Shown here in pieces: positions 25,701-35,043 of a DNA stretch of 64,000 nucleotides; position 1 is the first letter of the stretch, and each line of letters starts with the position of its first letter. Made by a program: the position numbers and the translations under genes. Source of the DNA: Ruminococcus sp. (GTDB taxonomy: Bacteria > Bacillota > Clostridia > Oscillospirales > Ruminococcaceae); assembly GCF_022768805.1 (NCBI RefSeq), contig NZ_JALELB010000028.1, one strand, 5' to 3'. The notes under the pieces are model-generated. The model searched no databases, was not told the DNA's origin, and was given only the letters and a program-made list of their open reading frames with translations.

Positions 25701-27020
25701 TTAAAACAATTGTTTGCCGCATTTAATGCAGAACTTCTGAACGCCTGGCTGGAGAATCTTTGCGCCGCATTCCTTGCAGAACGCTGGTGCAGATTCTTCC
25801 TGGAGGGCAGAATCATCCGGCTGTGCGGATTCTACGGATGGTTCGGAATCTTCCACAGATGCCGAAGCTTCCTCCTGTGTCGGTGAAGCCTCATCCGGCT
25901 GTGCGGACTCTACAGCATCTTCCTGGGGTAAAGATGTTTCCTCCTGTGTCAGAGGCGTGCCATCAGCTTCTCCAGCTACAGCAGCTTCAGCAATACCGGC
26001 AGCAACTGCAATCGGTTCCTGAACGGGTACCTCCGCAGAATCCGGCACTGCATCCGGGATTTCGCTGAGAATCTCCGGCTCGGGGGATGGCTTTCTTGTG
26101 ATGGACAGGATCATAGAAGCCAGAATCAGCAGAAAAACGGAGCTCAGCACCCCGATACCGCCGAAGATCATCAGCGGAGAGGAAACGCCGGAGGTAATGT
26201 GCGCCAGAACCGGCAGTTCCCTGAGGGCATACTTTGCGGAGAAGAAGCCGCCTGTGCCGGCGATCAGATAGATACCGAAGGCAACCAGCACCGTAATGCC
26301 AAAGGCACGGATACCGTGTGCCGCCTTGCCTCTGCCGCTGGAGAACAGTACACACCAGCGAATCAGAATCAACACCAGAAGCACCAGTTCACCCAGCATA
26401 AACCAGAGATTCAGCTGCAAACGGTTCCAGAATCGACCAAAGGCAGTATTATAGTAGTGTACAACCCCCTGATTGTAATCATCACAGGGCTCCCGCATTT
26501 CAGCCACCAGTAGATCCTTGTCCCCTTGGGTGATCTCTATCTGGAGCTTTTCCCGGATGATACTTTCGTTCTGATCCAGAATTTCCACAATTTCCTGGGG
26601 CGTTATGGTTTCCAGGTTATCTTCAGTCCCACGGAAGTAATTCTGATAATTGTCCAGTTTCCGAATAGTAAAGGATTCCAGATCCATCTGGTTCAGCACA
26701 GCCTCCACATCCCCTGTGGTCACCTGCGGATCTGTTACATATTCCCGACGTATGTATTCAGCCAGCGTAATCTGCTCATGATCCTGCATTACCTGCATGG
26801 TGGAAAACCTGAAGCCATCCAGAGCCCTGTGAAGCACATCCTGATTCAGCATCACCCGGGCGGTGGCACAAATGATTAAATGATTGACCAGAATCAGCGC
26901 CGCCAGCACCAGCAAAACAGAATGACCCACAACCGAACCCTTGGAACGGGGCTTTTTCTTGCCGCATACGGTGCATTTCCCTTTCTCATTCAGGGCACCG
27001 CCGCATTTCTCACACTGCAT
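25701..27020 (-). CDS. polytopic membrane protein with N- and C-terminal zinc-ribbon motifs and an acidic repeat linker
   Basis: MQCEKCGGALNEKGKCTVCGKK at the N-terminus and FCKECGAKILQPGVQKFCIKCGKQLF at the C-terminus. Several hydrophobic segments lie between them, followed by a long D/E/P/S-rich linker. GGAGGG lies 7 nt upstream of the ATG at 27020. Confidence 0.7.
   Translation of the reverse strand: MQCEKCGGALNEKGKCTVCGKKKPRSKGSVVGHSVLLVLAALILVNHLIICATARVMLNQDVLHRALDGFRFSTMQVMQDHEQITLAEYIRREYVTDPQVTTGDVEAVLNQMDLESFTIRKLDNYQNYFRGTEDNLETITPQEIVEILDQNESIIREKLQIEITQGDKDLLVAEMREPCDDYNQGVVHYYNTAFGRFWNRLQLNLWFMLGELVLLVLILIRWCVLFSSGRGKAAHGIRAFGITVLVAFGIYLIAGTGGFFSAKYALRELPVLAHITSGVSSPLMIFGGIGVLSSVFLLILASMILSITRKPSPEPEILSEIPDAVPDSAEVPVQEPIAVAAGIAEAAVAGEADGTPLTQEETSLPQEDAVESAQPDEASPTQEEASASVEDSEPSVESAQPDDSALQEESAPAFCKECGAKILQPGVQKFCIKCGKQLF
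25813..25913. repeat. 23-nt direct repeat (one mismatch), 78 nt apart, inside the zinc-ribbon protein linker
   Basis: tcatccggctgtgcggattctac (25813-25835) and tcatccggctgtgcggactctac (25891-25913). They encode VESAQPD(E/D) twice, 26 aa apart. Confidence 0.8.
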
Positions 27021-27048
27021 ATTGTTCCCTCCAAGCATTATTTAATTC

Positions 27049-27077
27049 ATTATATCATATTCCACCAGGAAAGTCAA
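27049..27077 (-). promoter_or_regulatory. sigma-A promoter of the zinc-ribbon membrane protein gene
   Basis: On the minus strand: TTGACT (27077-27072), a 17 nt spacer, then TATAAT (27054-27049). Confidence 0.6.
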
Positions 27078-27140
27078 ACAAATCCCCTCCGGCAAAACGG
27101 ACACATTGTAAACTTATTGCTTATATTCTATGAACATAAA

Positions 27141-27171
27141 CAAAAACGGAGAGATCCGGACAGATCTCTCC
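27141..27171 (-). terminator. Rho-independent terminator after gpmI
   Basis: On the minus strand: GGAGAGATC tgtcc GGATCTCTCC followed by GTTTTTGTTTAT. Confidence 0.7.
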
Positions 27172-27190
27172 ATTGATGCTGTTGTGCAAT

Positions 27191-28708
27191 TTAAAGAATA
27201 ATAGAAGTTCCAGTCATTTCCTCGGGCTGTTCCATATTCAGCAGCTTGAGCATGGTGGGCGCAATATCCGCCAGCACGCCGCCCTCCCGCAGCTTGACAT
27301 CATCCCGGCCAACCACAATGAAGGGAACCACATTGGTGGTATGTGCCGTAAAGGGGGAACCATCCGCCTCATACATCTTGTCCGCATTGCCATGATCCGC
27401 TGTAATCAGCGCAACACCGCCGTGATCGGTCACCGCCTTAACCACTGCACCAACGCAGGTATCTACAGCCTCCACAGCTGCCTTAGCCGCATCAAATACA
27501 CCGGTATGGCCGACCATATCACAGTTTGCAAAATTCAGGATGATTACATCCAGGGTATCCGCATTGATGGCATTGACCGCCTTGACTGCAACCTCATATG
27601 CACTCATGGAAGGCTTCTGGTCGTAGGTTGCAACCTCCTTCGGGGAGTCCACCAGAATCCGGGATTCACCGGGATACTGCTTCTCAACGCCGCCGTTAAA
27701 GAAGAAGGTAACATGGGCATACTTTTCTGTTTCAGCAATCCGAAGCTGGGTCAGCCCCTGCTGGGATACATACTCTCCGAAGGTGTTCTTCAGAGACTGG
27801 GGCTTGAATGCGATTTCCACATTGGGCATGGTGGCATCATACTGGGTAAAGCATACGAAATAAACATCCAGCTTTTCCCTTGCAAACCCGTCAAATGCCG
27901 GATCCACAAAGGTGCGGGTGATTTCCCGGGCACGATCCGGGCGGAAGTTGAAGAAAATCACGCTGTCGCCGGAATGCATCATACCCTCTTTGTTGATAAC
28001 AGTGGGCACGACAAACTCATCCGTTACCTCGGCTGCATAAGAATCCTCCATTGCCTGCTTTGCACAGGGACACTGATTGCCCTGGCCGTTAACCATGGCA
28101 TCGTAGGCCTTCTGTACACGATCCCAGTTGCGATCCCGATCCATGGCATAGTATCTGCCGCTGACAGTGGCAATTTCACCTACACCGATTTCCTGCATCT
28201 TCTCCTGCAGCTCTGCGATAAAATCCTTGCCGCTGGAGGGGGGCACGTCCCGGCCATCCATGAAGCAGTGCACATACACTTTGGTCAAGCCGGCACGCTT
28301 GGCAAGCTCCAGCAGACCGTACAGGTGTGTGTTGTGGCTGTGTACGCCGCCGCTGGACAACAGGCCCATGAGATGCAGGGCACTGCCATTCTTTTTGCAG
28401 TTTTCCACTGCGCCGCACAGTGCTTCGTTGGTGAAGAAATCCCCATCCTGAATAGACTTGGTAATCCGGGTCAGCTCCTGGTATACGATACGGCCGGCAC
28501 CAATGTTGGTGTGTCCAACCTCGGAGTTGCCCATCTGTCCATCCGGCAGACCCACACACATGCCGGATGCGCCAATGGTGGTATTGGGGCAATTGGCAAA
28601 GTAGCTGTCCAGATAGGGAGTTGAAGCCGCCTGAATGGCATTGCCGTAAGCATCCTTATTGATGCCGAAGCCGTCCATGATAATCAGTGCAATCGGTTTT
28701 TTGCTCAT
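27191..28708 (-). CDS. gpmI: 2,3-bisphosphoglycerate-independent phosphoglycerate mutase
   Basis: MSKKPIALIIMDGFG..., SEVGHTNIGAGR and ITADHGNAD. The start is set at the ATG at 28708. Confidence 0.95.
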   Translation of the reverse strand: MSKKPIALIIMDGFGINKDAYGNAIQAASTPYLDSYFANCPNTTIGASGMCVGLPDGQMGNSEVGHTNIGAGRIVYQELTRITKSIQDGDFFTNEALCGAVENCKKNGSALHLMGLLSSGGVHSHNTHLYGLLELAKRAGLTKVYVHCFMDGRDVPPSSGKDFIAELQEKMQEIGVGEIATVSGRYYAMDRDRNWDRVQKAYDAMVNGQGNQCPCAKQAMEDSYAAEVTDEFVVPTVINKEGMMHSGDSVIFFNFRPDRAREITRTFVDPAFDGFAREKLDVYFVCFTQYDATMPNVEIAFKPQSLKNTFGEYVSQQGLTQLRIAETEKYAHVTFFFNGGVEKQYPGESRILVDSPKEVATYDQKPSMSAYEVAVKAVNAINADTLDVIILNFANCDMVGHTGVFDAAKAAVEAVDTCVGAVVKAVTDHGGVALITADHGNADKMYEADGSPFTAHTTNVVPFIVVGRDDVKLREGGVLADIAPTMLKLLNMEQPEEMTGTSIIL

Positions 28709-28771
28709 ATTTTCCATCCTTTACTTAAATGGGGCGAACCAAGTCCGCCCCATTTCAAATTTCCTAAAATA

Positions 28772-29539
28772 TTACTTAGAAGCCTCAGCCAGCAGAACGC
28801 CGAACTTTTCAGCTACCAGAGAAGCGCCGCCGATCAGTCCGCCGTCGATATTCTCCTTGGCCAGCAGCTCTGCGCAGTTCTTTTCGTTCATGGAACCGCC
28901 GTACTGAATGGTCATGCCGTCGGCAATCTCCTTGCCGTACTTGTTGGCAACCACCTTGCGGATAAAGCCGCAGACTTCCTCTGCCTGGTCAGCGGTTGCG
29001 GTCTTGCCGGTACCGATAGCCCATACAGGCTCGTAGGCGATGATTACGTTCTTTGCATCCTCTGCGGAAATACCGGTGAATGCAGCAACGGTCTGGAGCT
29101 CTACAACGTCCTCGGTGATACCGTCCTCACGCTCTGCAAGCATCTCGCCTACGCAGAGGATCACCTTCAGGCCCGCAGCCAGCGCAGCCTTGGTTCTTCT
29201 GTTCACAGTCAGGTCTGTTTCAGCAAAGTACTGTCTGCGCTCGGAGTGACCGATGATCACATATTCCACGCCCATTTCCTTGAGCATATCAGCGGAAATC
29301 TCGCCGGTGAATGCGCCGCTCTTCTTGAAGTGGCAGTTCTCGGCGCCAACCTTGATGTTTGTGCCCTTGGTGAGCTCCAGAGCGGTTTCCAGATTGGTGT
29401 AAGGAACGCAGATAATCACACCGCAGGTTTTATCAGCAGCAATGGGCTTCAGGGCGTTGATCAGCTCAGCAGCCTCTGCTCTGTTTTTGTTCATCTTCCA
29501 GTTACCGGCAATGACTGCCTGTCTCAGTGCTTTATTCAT
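28772..29539 (-). CDS. tpiA: triose-phosphate isomerase
   Basis: 255 aa with AGNWKMN, IIGHSERR, AYEPVWAIGTG and QYGGS. Confidence 0.95.
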   Translation of the reverse strand: MNKALRQAVIAGNWKMNKNRAEAAELINALKPIAADKTCGVIICVPYTNLETALELTKGTNIKVGAENCHFKKSGAFTGEISADMLKEMGVEYVIIGHSERRQYFAETDLTVNRRTKAALAAGLKVILCVGEMLAEREDGITEDVVELQTVAAFTGISAEDAKNVIIAYEPVWAIGTGKTATADQAEEVCGFIRKVVANKYGKEIADGMTIQYGGSMNEKNCAELLAKENIDGGLIGGASLVAEKFGVLLAEASK

Positions 29540-29581
29540 AATGATAATGACTCCTCAACAATTTATTCGATCAACCAGAAA

Positions 29582-30802
29582 TTACTTGTCAGCGATTGCT
29601 GCAACGCCCGGCAGAACCTTGCCTTCCAGGTATTCCAGAGATGCGCCGCCGCCGGTGGAGATGTGGCTCATCTTATCTGCAAAGCCCAGCTGCATAACTG
29701 CTGCTGCGGAATCGCCGCCGCCGATAATGGTAGTAGCATCAGTTTCAGCCAGTGCCTTTGCTACAGCAATAGTACCCTTTGCCAGAGTCGGGTTCTCGAA
29801 TACACCCATGGGGCCGTTCCAGACAACGGTCTTTGCGCTCTTTACTGCGTCAGCAAACAGCTGCTGTGTCTTGGTGCCGATATCCAGACCCATCTGGTCA
29901 GCAGGAATCTTGTCAGCATCAACAACTGCAACCTCGATTTCTGCATCAATCGGATCCGGGAAGCTCTTTGCGATGGTGGTGTCAATGGGAAGCAGAAGCT
30001 GCTTGCCTGCTGCTGCGGCCTTGTCCATCATATCCTTGCAGTATGCAACCTTCTCATCGTCAACCAGAGAAGTACCAACCTCGTAGCCCTTTGCCTTCAG
30101 GAAGGTGTAAGCCATACCGCCGCCGATAATCAGGGTATCGCACTTTTCGATCAGGTTGGAGATAACGTTCAGCTTGTCTGCAACCTTTGCGCCGCCCAGG
30201 ATTGCAACGAAAGGACGAACCGGAACCTCAACCGCATTGCCCAGGTACTGGATCTCCTTCTGCATCAGATAGCCTACAGCGGTCTCCTTCACAAACTTGG
30301 TTACGCCAGCAGTTGAAGCATGTGCCCGGTGTGCGGAACCGAATGCGTCCATAACGAACACTTCGTTGTTTACCAGATCAGCCAGCTCCTTGGAGAACTC
30401 CTCGCCGTTCTTGGTTTCTTCTGCACCGCGGAATCTGGTGTTCTCCAGCAGAACGATTTCTCCGTCCTTCATTTCCGCAACAGCCTTCTTGGCATTGTCG
30501 CCAACAACCGTGTCATCCTTTGCGAAGATCACATTGGTATCAACCAGCTCAGCCAGACGCTTTGCAACCGGAGCCAGGGAGAACTTATCCTCCGGGCCGT
30601 TCTTCGGCTTGCCCAGGTGGGAGCACAGCACAACCTTACCCCCGTCTGCGATCAGCTTTTTGATGGTGGGCAGAGCAGCCTGGATACGGTTGTCATTGGT
30701 GATAACCCCATCCTTCAGCGGAACGTTAAAATCGCAGCGCACGAGAACGTGCTTGCCCTTTACGTTGATATCATCCACGGAAACCTTGTTTAAACCTGCC
30801 AT
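29582..30802 (-). CDS. pgk: phosphoglycerate kinase
   Basis: [29 protein letters not shown]... and a C-terminal [13 protein letters not shown]. The start is set at the ATG at 30802. Confidence 0.95.
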   Translation of the reverse strand: MAGLNKVSVDDINVKGKHVLVRCDFNVPLKDGVITNDNRIQAALPTIKKLIADGGKVVLCSHLGKPKNGPEDKFSLAPVAKRLAELVDTNVIFAKDDTVVGDNAKKAVAEMKDGEIVLLENTRFRGAEETKNGEEFSKELADLVNNEVFVMDAFGSAHRAHASTAGVTKFVKETAVGYLMQKEIQYLGNAVEVPVRPFVAILGGAKVADKLNVISNLIEKCDTLIIGGGMAYTFLKAKGYEVGTSLVDDEKVAYCKDMMDKAAAAGKQLLLPIDTTIAKSFPDPIDAEIEVAVVDADKIPADQMGLDIGTKTQQLFADAVKSAKTVVWNGPMGVFENPTLAKGTIAVAKALAETDATTIIGGGDSAAAVMQLGFADKMSHISTGGGASLEYLEGKVLPGVAAIADK

Positions 30803-30869
30803 TGTAAGACATCCTTTCTGTTTATGATTGTGAGTAGACGCCGTTAGATTTTTCACAACTCTACTCCAT

Positions 30870-30898
30870 ATTTTACACTATTCCATGGGAATTTACAA
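30870..30898 (-). promoter_or_regulatory. sigma-A type promoter of pgk-tpiA-gpmI
   Basis: On the minus strand: TTGTAA (30898-30893), a 17 nt spacer, then TAAAAT (30875-30870). Confidence 0.5.
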
Positions 30899-30920
30899 GT
30901 CCCCGGCGAGAAATTTTCTG

Positions 30921-30964
30921 AAAAAAAAGCAGAAAAACAACGGGCGAATTTGTTCAATTCGCCC
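30921..30964 (-). terminator. Rho-independent terminator after the transglutaminase-dockerin gene
   Basis: On the minus strand: GGGCGAATT gaaca AATTCGCCC followed by GTTGTTTTTCTGCTTTTTTTT. Confidence 0.75.
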
Positions 30965-31001
30965 GAACTCCATAAATCTTCATGCAAGAAATGCATAACG
31001 C

Positions 31002-32504
31002 TTATTCCGCCGGATTCAGCAGGATATACTTGATCAGCACCAGATCTATTGCATTGATCTTTTCATCTGCGTTAAGATCTGCAACCGTTGCAACATCCGC
31101 AGTGAGATCCGACTTACCGATTAGAAAACGGCGAAGCAGCACCATATCAGCCACGGTGACCTGTCCATCCTGATCCAGATCCCCCAATACAGGGTCAGGC
31201 CCTTCCGAAGTCTCCAGCTGAATGCCGTAGATGGTCCCCTCCGTGTTGGGCTTTTCGTTGACAGAAAACCGCAGATAACCGGTACTGTCTACGGTGAGGC
31301 CATATATCTTCCCTTCCGCTGCTTCCTCGGCAGTCAGTGTATAAACCTCCTGCTTATCCGAACCATCCGGCAGGATACTGTAAATGGTATTCGCTGTGCC
31401 GTAGTACAGCCGTCCGTCAAATACACCAAGACCGCTGTAAACACTCAGCCAGTAGGAGCCGGAGTTTCCGCTGACATACCATTTTTCCGGAATATCCGTG
31501 CAAAGGGATGCCTCAGCAGTGTTGTCCGTGCTGTCATAGGAATAGAGATTGATAAGCCCCTTATTATGCACATCATCATAAAGCACTGCAGCCCAGCTGC
31601 CCTCAATCGGCACAATGGGCGCAACAGAATCATCCCAGAAGGAATCCACAAACTTGGTGTCAGAAGCCTCCGGCACTGTATCAAAGCCGTTAAGCTGCCA
31701 ATCCGTGGCGTCATGTCCCAAGGCACGGATTTCCTCGTCTGTACACAGGAAATTATCGTGGTGTACAGTGCCAAGCTGATCCGGAGTAGGATCGTCCCAG
31801 GTCGCATCCACATGATAGAAGCTGCCATCCAGCTCCACCATATTCCAGGCATGGTTCAACTCATCACTGGCAAGGTAGTAGCAGTCCACCCCGGCATCCC
31901 GCATCAGATCCATGTAAGCAAGGGCATAGCCCTGGCATACAGCCTCCTTGGTGACCAGCACGTCATAGGCATCATAATTGCTGTAGGTCAGGTCATAGCT
32001 GGTGGTTGCCACAATGGCATCGTGCAGATACAAAGCCTTTTCCACCTGGGACCAGGCCGGATCCACTTCCGCCAGAATGGCCTGCTTGGCTTTCTCGTAG
32101 GCCGCCCGCATCCCGGGCAGCTCATCAGCGGTACAGTTATACGTGAAATAAACCTTTGTAATGTATCCGGTGGTGGAGGAATAGGAAAACTGGTAGCTGT
32201 GCTCCACAAAGAAATAGGAGGGTGTGTCCATCATCAGCCGGCGCATGGCAGTCTTGAAATCATCCCGCTTGATCTTCAGCTTGGTGAGATCAGCTGTATC
32301 TTTCATCCCATCCCACGCCGCAGTCACCAGTTCCGACATGGCTTCATAGGTATCCGCATTAACCGCACCGGCGGGTTCAAATCCGTTAACCTGAATCACG
32401 CCGCTGCTCTGCAGAGCAAAGGTCTGCAAGGGCATACATACACTCAGTACACACGCTGCTGCTCCCACAGCAGCAATCCGGGCAAAATGCTTGGTCAGTC
32501 CCAT
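31002..32504 (-). CDS. secreted transglutaminase-like cysteine protease-fold protein with a C-terminal type-I dockerin
   Basis: Signal peptide MGLTKHFARIAAVGAAACVLSVCMPLQTFA. The transglutaminase core has CQGYALAYMDL...NHAWNMVELDGSFYHVDATWDD. Two dockerin calcium-binding repeats are present: DLDQDGQVTVADMVLLRRFL and DLNADEKINAIDLVLIKYIL. The start is set at the ATG at 32504. Confidence 0.75.
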   Translation of the reverse strand: MGLTKHFARIAAVGAAACVLSVCMPLQTFALQSSGVIQVNGFEPAGAVNADTYEAMSELVTAAWDGMKDTADLTKLKIKRDDFKTAMRRLMMDTPSYFFVEHSYQFSYSSTTGYITKVYFTYNCTADELPGMRAAYEKAKQAILAEVDPAWSQVEKALYLHDAIVATTSYDLTYSNYDAYDVLVTKEAVCQGYALAYMDLMRDAGVDCYYLASDELNHAWNMVELDGSFYHVDATWDDPTPDQLGTVHHDNFLCTDEEIRALGHDATDWQLNGFDTVPEASDTKFVDSFWDDSVAPIVPIEGSWAAVLYDDVHNKGLINLYSYDSTDNTAEASLCTDIPEKWYVSGNSGSYWLSVYSGLGVFDGRLYYGTANTIYSILPDGSDKQEVYTLTAEEAAEGKIYGLTVDSTGYLRFSVNEKPNTEGTIYGIQLETSEGPDPVLGDLDQDGQVTVADMVLLRRFLIGKSDLTADVATVADLNADEKINAIDLVLIKYILLNPAE

Positions 32505-32529
32505 AAAAACCCTCCTATAAGCAATATTG

Positions 32530-33411
32530 TCACTCCGCAACCGTGCGGGGCTCCGAACGAATGACAATGCCGACCACATCCGGACCGGCATTACAGGATA
32601 CCGTTGCGCCGATATGGAACAAATGCTCCGGGGGATAACCGAGCTTTTTCACCAGTTCCTTCTTCAATTCCTCTGCAAAGGTATCATCACAGCCTGCAAT
32701 CAACGAATAGGGTGTTTTGGGGATCATCCGCTGCTGAATATACTTTGACATGGTGGGAACAATATTCTTATCCCCGCGGATTTTGGTTTCTACCTTGGAA
32801 ACCCCATCCGTAATGCGGATCAGGGGCTTTAGGCCCAGAAGCTCACCGGCAAAGGCAGCGGCGGCGGAAATCCGGCCGGATCTCTTTGCATACTTCAGCG
32901 TCAGAGGCGTAAACAGCACCTCTGCACTCTGGAACCACTCGGTCAGATAATTCAGCAGTTCATCCACCGTTGCGCCCTTTTTGAGTTTCATGGCAGCCTG
33001 CATCACCGGGTAGCCATAGACGCCGGTGTAGTTTTTGGAGTCAACCACATGAATCCGCAGCTTCTCCGCCCCGGGAACCTGTGCATAGAAAGCATCCCGT
33101 GCCATCAGCGCATTGCTGTGGGTAGCAGAGCCGGTGGAGGAGATGCTGACATAAATCAGGTCTGTATATCCTTCCTCCAGGGCCTGCTGATAGGCCTCCT
33201 GAAATTCAAAAGCAGTCAGCTGGGCTGTGGTGGGAAAGTCCGCAGCATGCGCCATCATTTCATAAAACTCTGTATTGGTAAAATCCTGTCGTTCCCGGTA
33301 AGCGACTCCATCCACTGTAACCGGAAAGCACAGAATCTGGATGCCAAGGGACTGTTCCAGCTCCGGGTCAATGTCGCTAGTGGAATCTGTCATCAATTTA
33401 ATTTTCTGCAT
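32530..33411 (-). CDS. DegV family fatty-acid-binding protein
   Basis: 293 aa with MQKIKLMTDSTSDI and typical DegV length and layout. Confidence 0.85.
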   Translation of the reverse strand: MQKIKLMTDSTSDIDPELEQSLGIQILCFPVTVDGVAYRERQDFTNTEFYEMMAHAADFPTTAQLTAFEFQEAYQQALEEGYTDLIYVSISSTGSATHSNALMARDAFYAQVPGAEKLRIHVVDSKNYTGVYGYPVMQAAMKLKKGATVDELLNYLTEWFQSAEVLFTPLTLKYAKRSGRISAAAAFAGELLGLKPLIRITDGVSKVETKIRGDKNIVPTMSKYIQQRMIPKTPYSLIAGCDDTFAEELKKELVKKLGYPPEHLFHIGATVSCNAGPDVVGIVIRSEPRTVAE

Positions 33412-33412
33412 A

Positions 33413-33931
33413 TTACACCTCTTTGAAATTGGTATCCTCCCAGCAGTACGCCGTCAGGCTCCCTGTCCGGGAAAGATCCGGATAATTCCACTGCCGCAGC
33501 GCTTCATATACTGCAATGGCAACGGAATTAGAAAGATTCAGACTGCGCAGCTCGTTGCGCATAGGAATCCGTACACATTCTTCCGGATGTGCAAACAACA
33601 GCTCCTCCGGCAGGCCCCGATCCTCCCGCCCGAAAATCAGATAGGCGTTATTCGGATAAACGGCTTCGCTGTGAACCTTTCTGCCCTTTGTGGTAAAAAA
33701 GAAAAACGCTCCCGTATTCCCTTCGGCAAATTCCGCAAAGGAATCGTAGTACGTAATATCGAGCTTATCCCAGTAGTCCAGCCCCGCCCGCTTCAGATGC
33801 TTGTCCGTCACAGTAAAGCCCATGGGACGGATGAGATGCAGCCGGGCACCGGTCACCGCACAGGTACGTGCAATATTGCCGGTATTCTGCGGAATCTGGG
33901 GCTCAACCAGTACAATATTCAACTGATACAT
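33413..33931 (-). CDS. trmL: tRNA (cytidine/uridine(34)-2'-O)-methyltransferase, SpoU/TrmL type
   Basis: 172 aa with NIVLVEPQIPQNTGNIARTCAVTGARLHLIRPMGF and a C-terminal LNLSNSVAIAVYE. Confidence 0.85.
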   Translation of the reverse strand: MYQLNIVLVEPQIPQNTGNIARTCAVTGARLHLIRPMGFTVTDKHLKRAGLDYWDKLDITYYDSFAEFAEGNTGAFFFFTTKGRKVHSEAVYPNNAYLIFGREDRGLPEELLFAHPEECVRIPMRNELRSLNLSNSVAIAVYEALRQWNYPDLSRTGSLTAYCWEDTNFKEV

Positions 33932-34070
33932 ATGTTTACTCCATTATACCATATTCGAGCCGGAAACGCAACTGTTTTCTGCAGGATCCAGACTTTTTTC
34001 CTGTCCGCCAGAAGCATCTATATACCCTTAGCACGCAAATTTCCGCGTTATCCGACTGTGGATATTGTTT

Positions 34071-34099
34071 ATTATAGCGCAAAAGCTGCTGCTTTGCAA
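34071..34099 (-). promoter_or_regulatory. sigma-A promoter about 135 nt upstream of trmL
   Basis: On the minus strand: TTGCAA (34099-34094), a 17 nt spacer, then TATAAT (34076-34071). Confidence 0.55.
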
Positions 34100-34130
34100 G
34101 TTTTTCTGTGCGCCGGGATGGCATCTGCAC

Positions 34131-34149
34131 AAAAAGCTGCCCCCGGCAG
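34131..34149 (-). terminator. short terminator after the CPBP gene
   Basis: On the minus strand: CTGCC ggg GGCAG followed by CTTTTTGTG. The stem is only 5 bp. Confidence 0.45.
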
Positions 34150-34170
34150 ATACCGGAGGCAGGAATACAA

Positions 34171-35043
34171 CTATTTTACCGTTTCCGGCTTTTTCTGATT
34201 CCGGAGCATCAGCACCAGGAACACTATACATACTGCAAAACTCGGAATATTGCACAGCAGACTCTGGGGAATGCTGGGGTGGAAATCCGGGGAAACACCG
34301 CTGACCAGCAACTGCCCTACTATACTTCCGCCGAAGTTCTGCATTGCATGCACAATGCAGGCAGGATAGATGGAGCCCGTCTTTTTTGTCAGCCACATCA
34401 AAAGCATACCCAGGAACATACACTCTACACACATGGCCAGGATTCCCAGATAGGGAAAGCCCGGATAATCCGTGCCGAAATTGTGTCCCTGAACGGTTAG
34501 CACAGCATGCCACAGGCCCCAGATGATGCCGCCCACAATGACAGTACCCGCCGTTCCCAGCAGCGGCTCCATATGCTGGTTCATGTAGCCCCGCCAGCCG
34601 AATTCCTCTCCGAAGGTGATGAACGCCAAGAGCGGCGCAGTTGCAAAGGTCATGATGATCGCACTGACAGCCTGCTGCCAGCTGTAACCGGCGCCCAGAT
34701 CCGACCAGTCGCCATTGCCGCAGATCAGCGTAGTCATCACGCCGGACGGAATGCTTATCACACTTACGATGAACACCGCCGTCAGATAATACTTCAAATT
34801 CCCCCGCAGCCGCAGATGCAGCATACTGTTCTCCCAGCCCTCGTGGGTCAGCTTCCGGGTCAGCAGATTTGCAAGGGCGGGTGCATACAGCACCGGCAGC
34901 GCAAACAGGGGCATTTTGTTGGTTTCAAACCATGCATGATAGCCAAACACATGATTCAGAATCAGCGCCGGGATCCAGGCGATCCCAAAGGCCAGCAGCA
35001 GAAACAGCAGCAGACGCTTGGCATGCAGCTTTTTATCAGTCAT
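34171..35043 (-). CDS. CPBP family intramembrane glutamic endopeptidase (CAAX protease / Abi type)
   Basis: 290 aa polytopic protein with all three CPBP motifs: EEFGWRG, WGLWH and HAMQN. The start overlaps the permease stop by 8 nt. Confidence 0.85.
   Translation of the reverse strand: MTDKKLHAKRLLLFLLLAFGIAWIPALILNHVFGYHAWFETNKMPLFALPVLYAPALANLLTRKLTHEGWENSMLHLRLRGNLKYYLTAVFIVSVISIPSGVMTTLICGNGDWSDLGAGYSWQQAVSAIIMTFATAPLLAFITFGEEFGWRGYMNQHMEPLLGTAGTVIVGGIIWGLWHAVLTVQGHNFGTDYPGFPYLGILAMCVECMFLGMLLMWLTKKTGSIYPACIVHAMQNFGGSIVGQLLVSGVSPDFHPSIPQSLLCNIPSFAVCIVFLVLMLRNQKKPETVK

Noticed and set aside
28729-28755. 9-bp stem-loop (AATGGGGCG/CGCCCCATT) between tpiA and gpmI
   Set aside because: There is no U-tract on the coding strand, and the genes are clearly one operon. 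It is not reported as a terminator.
33943-33948. Second TATAAT 12 nt upstream of the trmL ATG
   Set aside because: It abuts the GGAG SD. A transcript starting there would lack a ribosome-binding site, so it is probably a fortuitous match.
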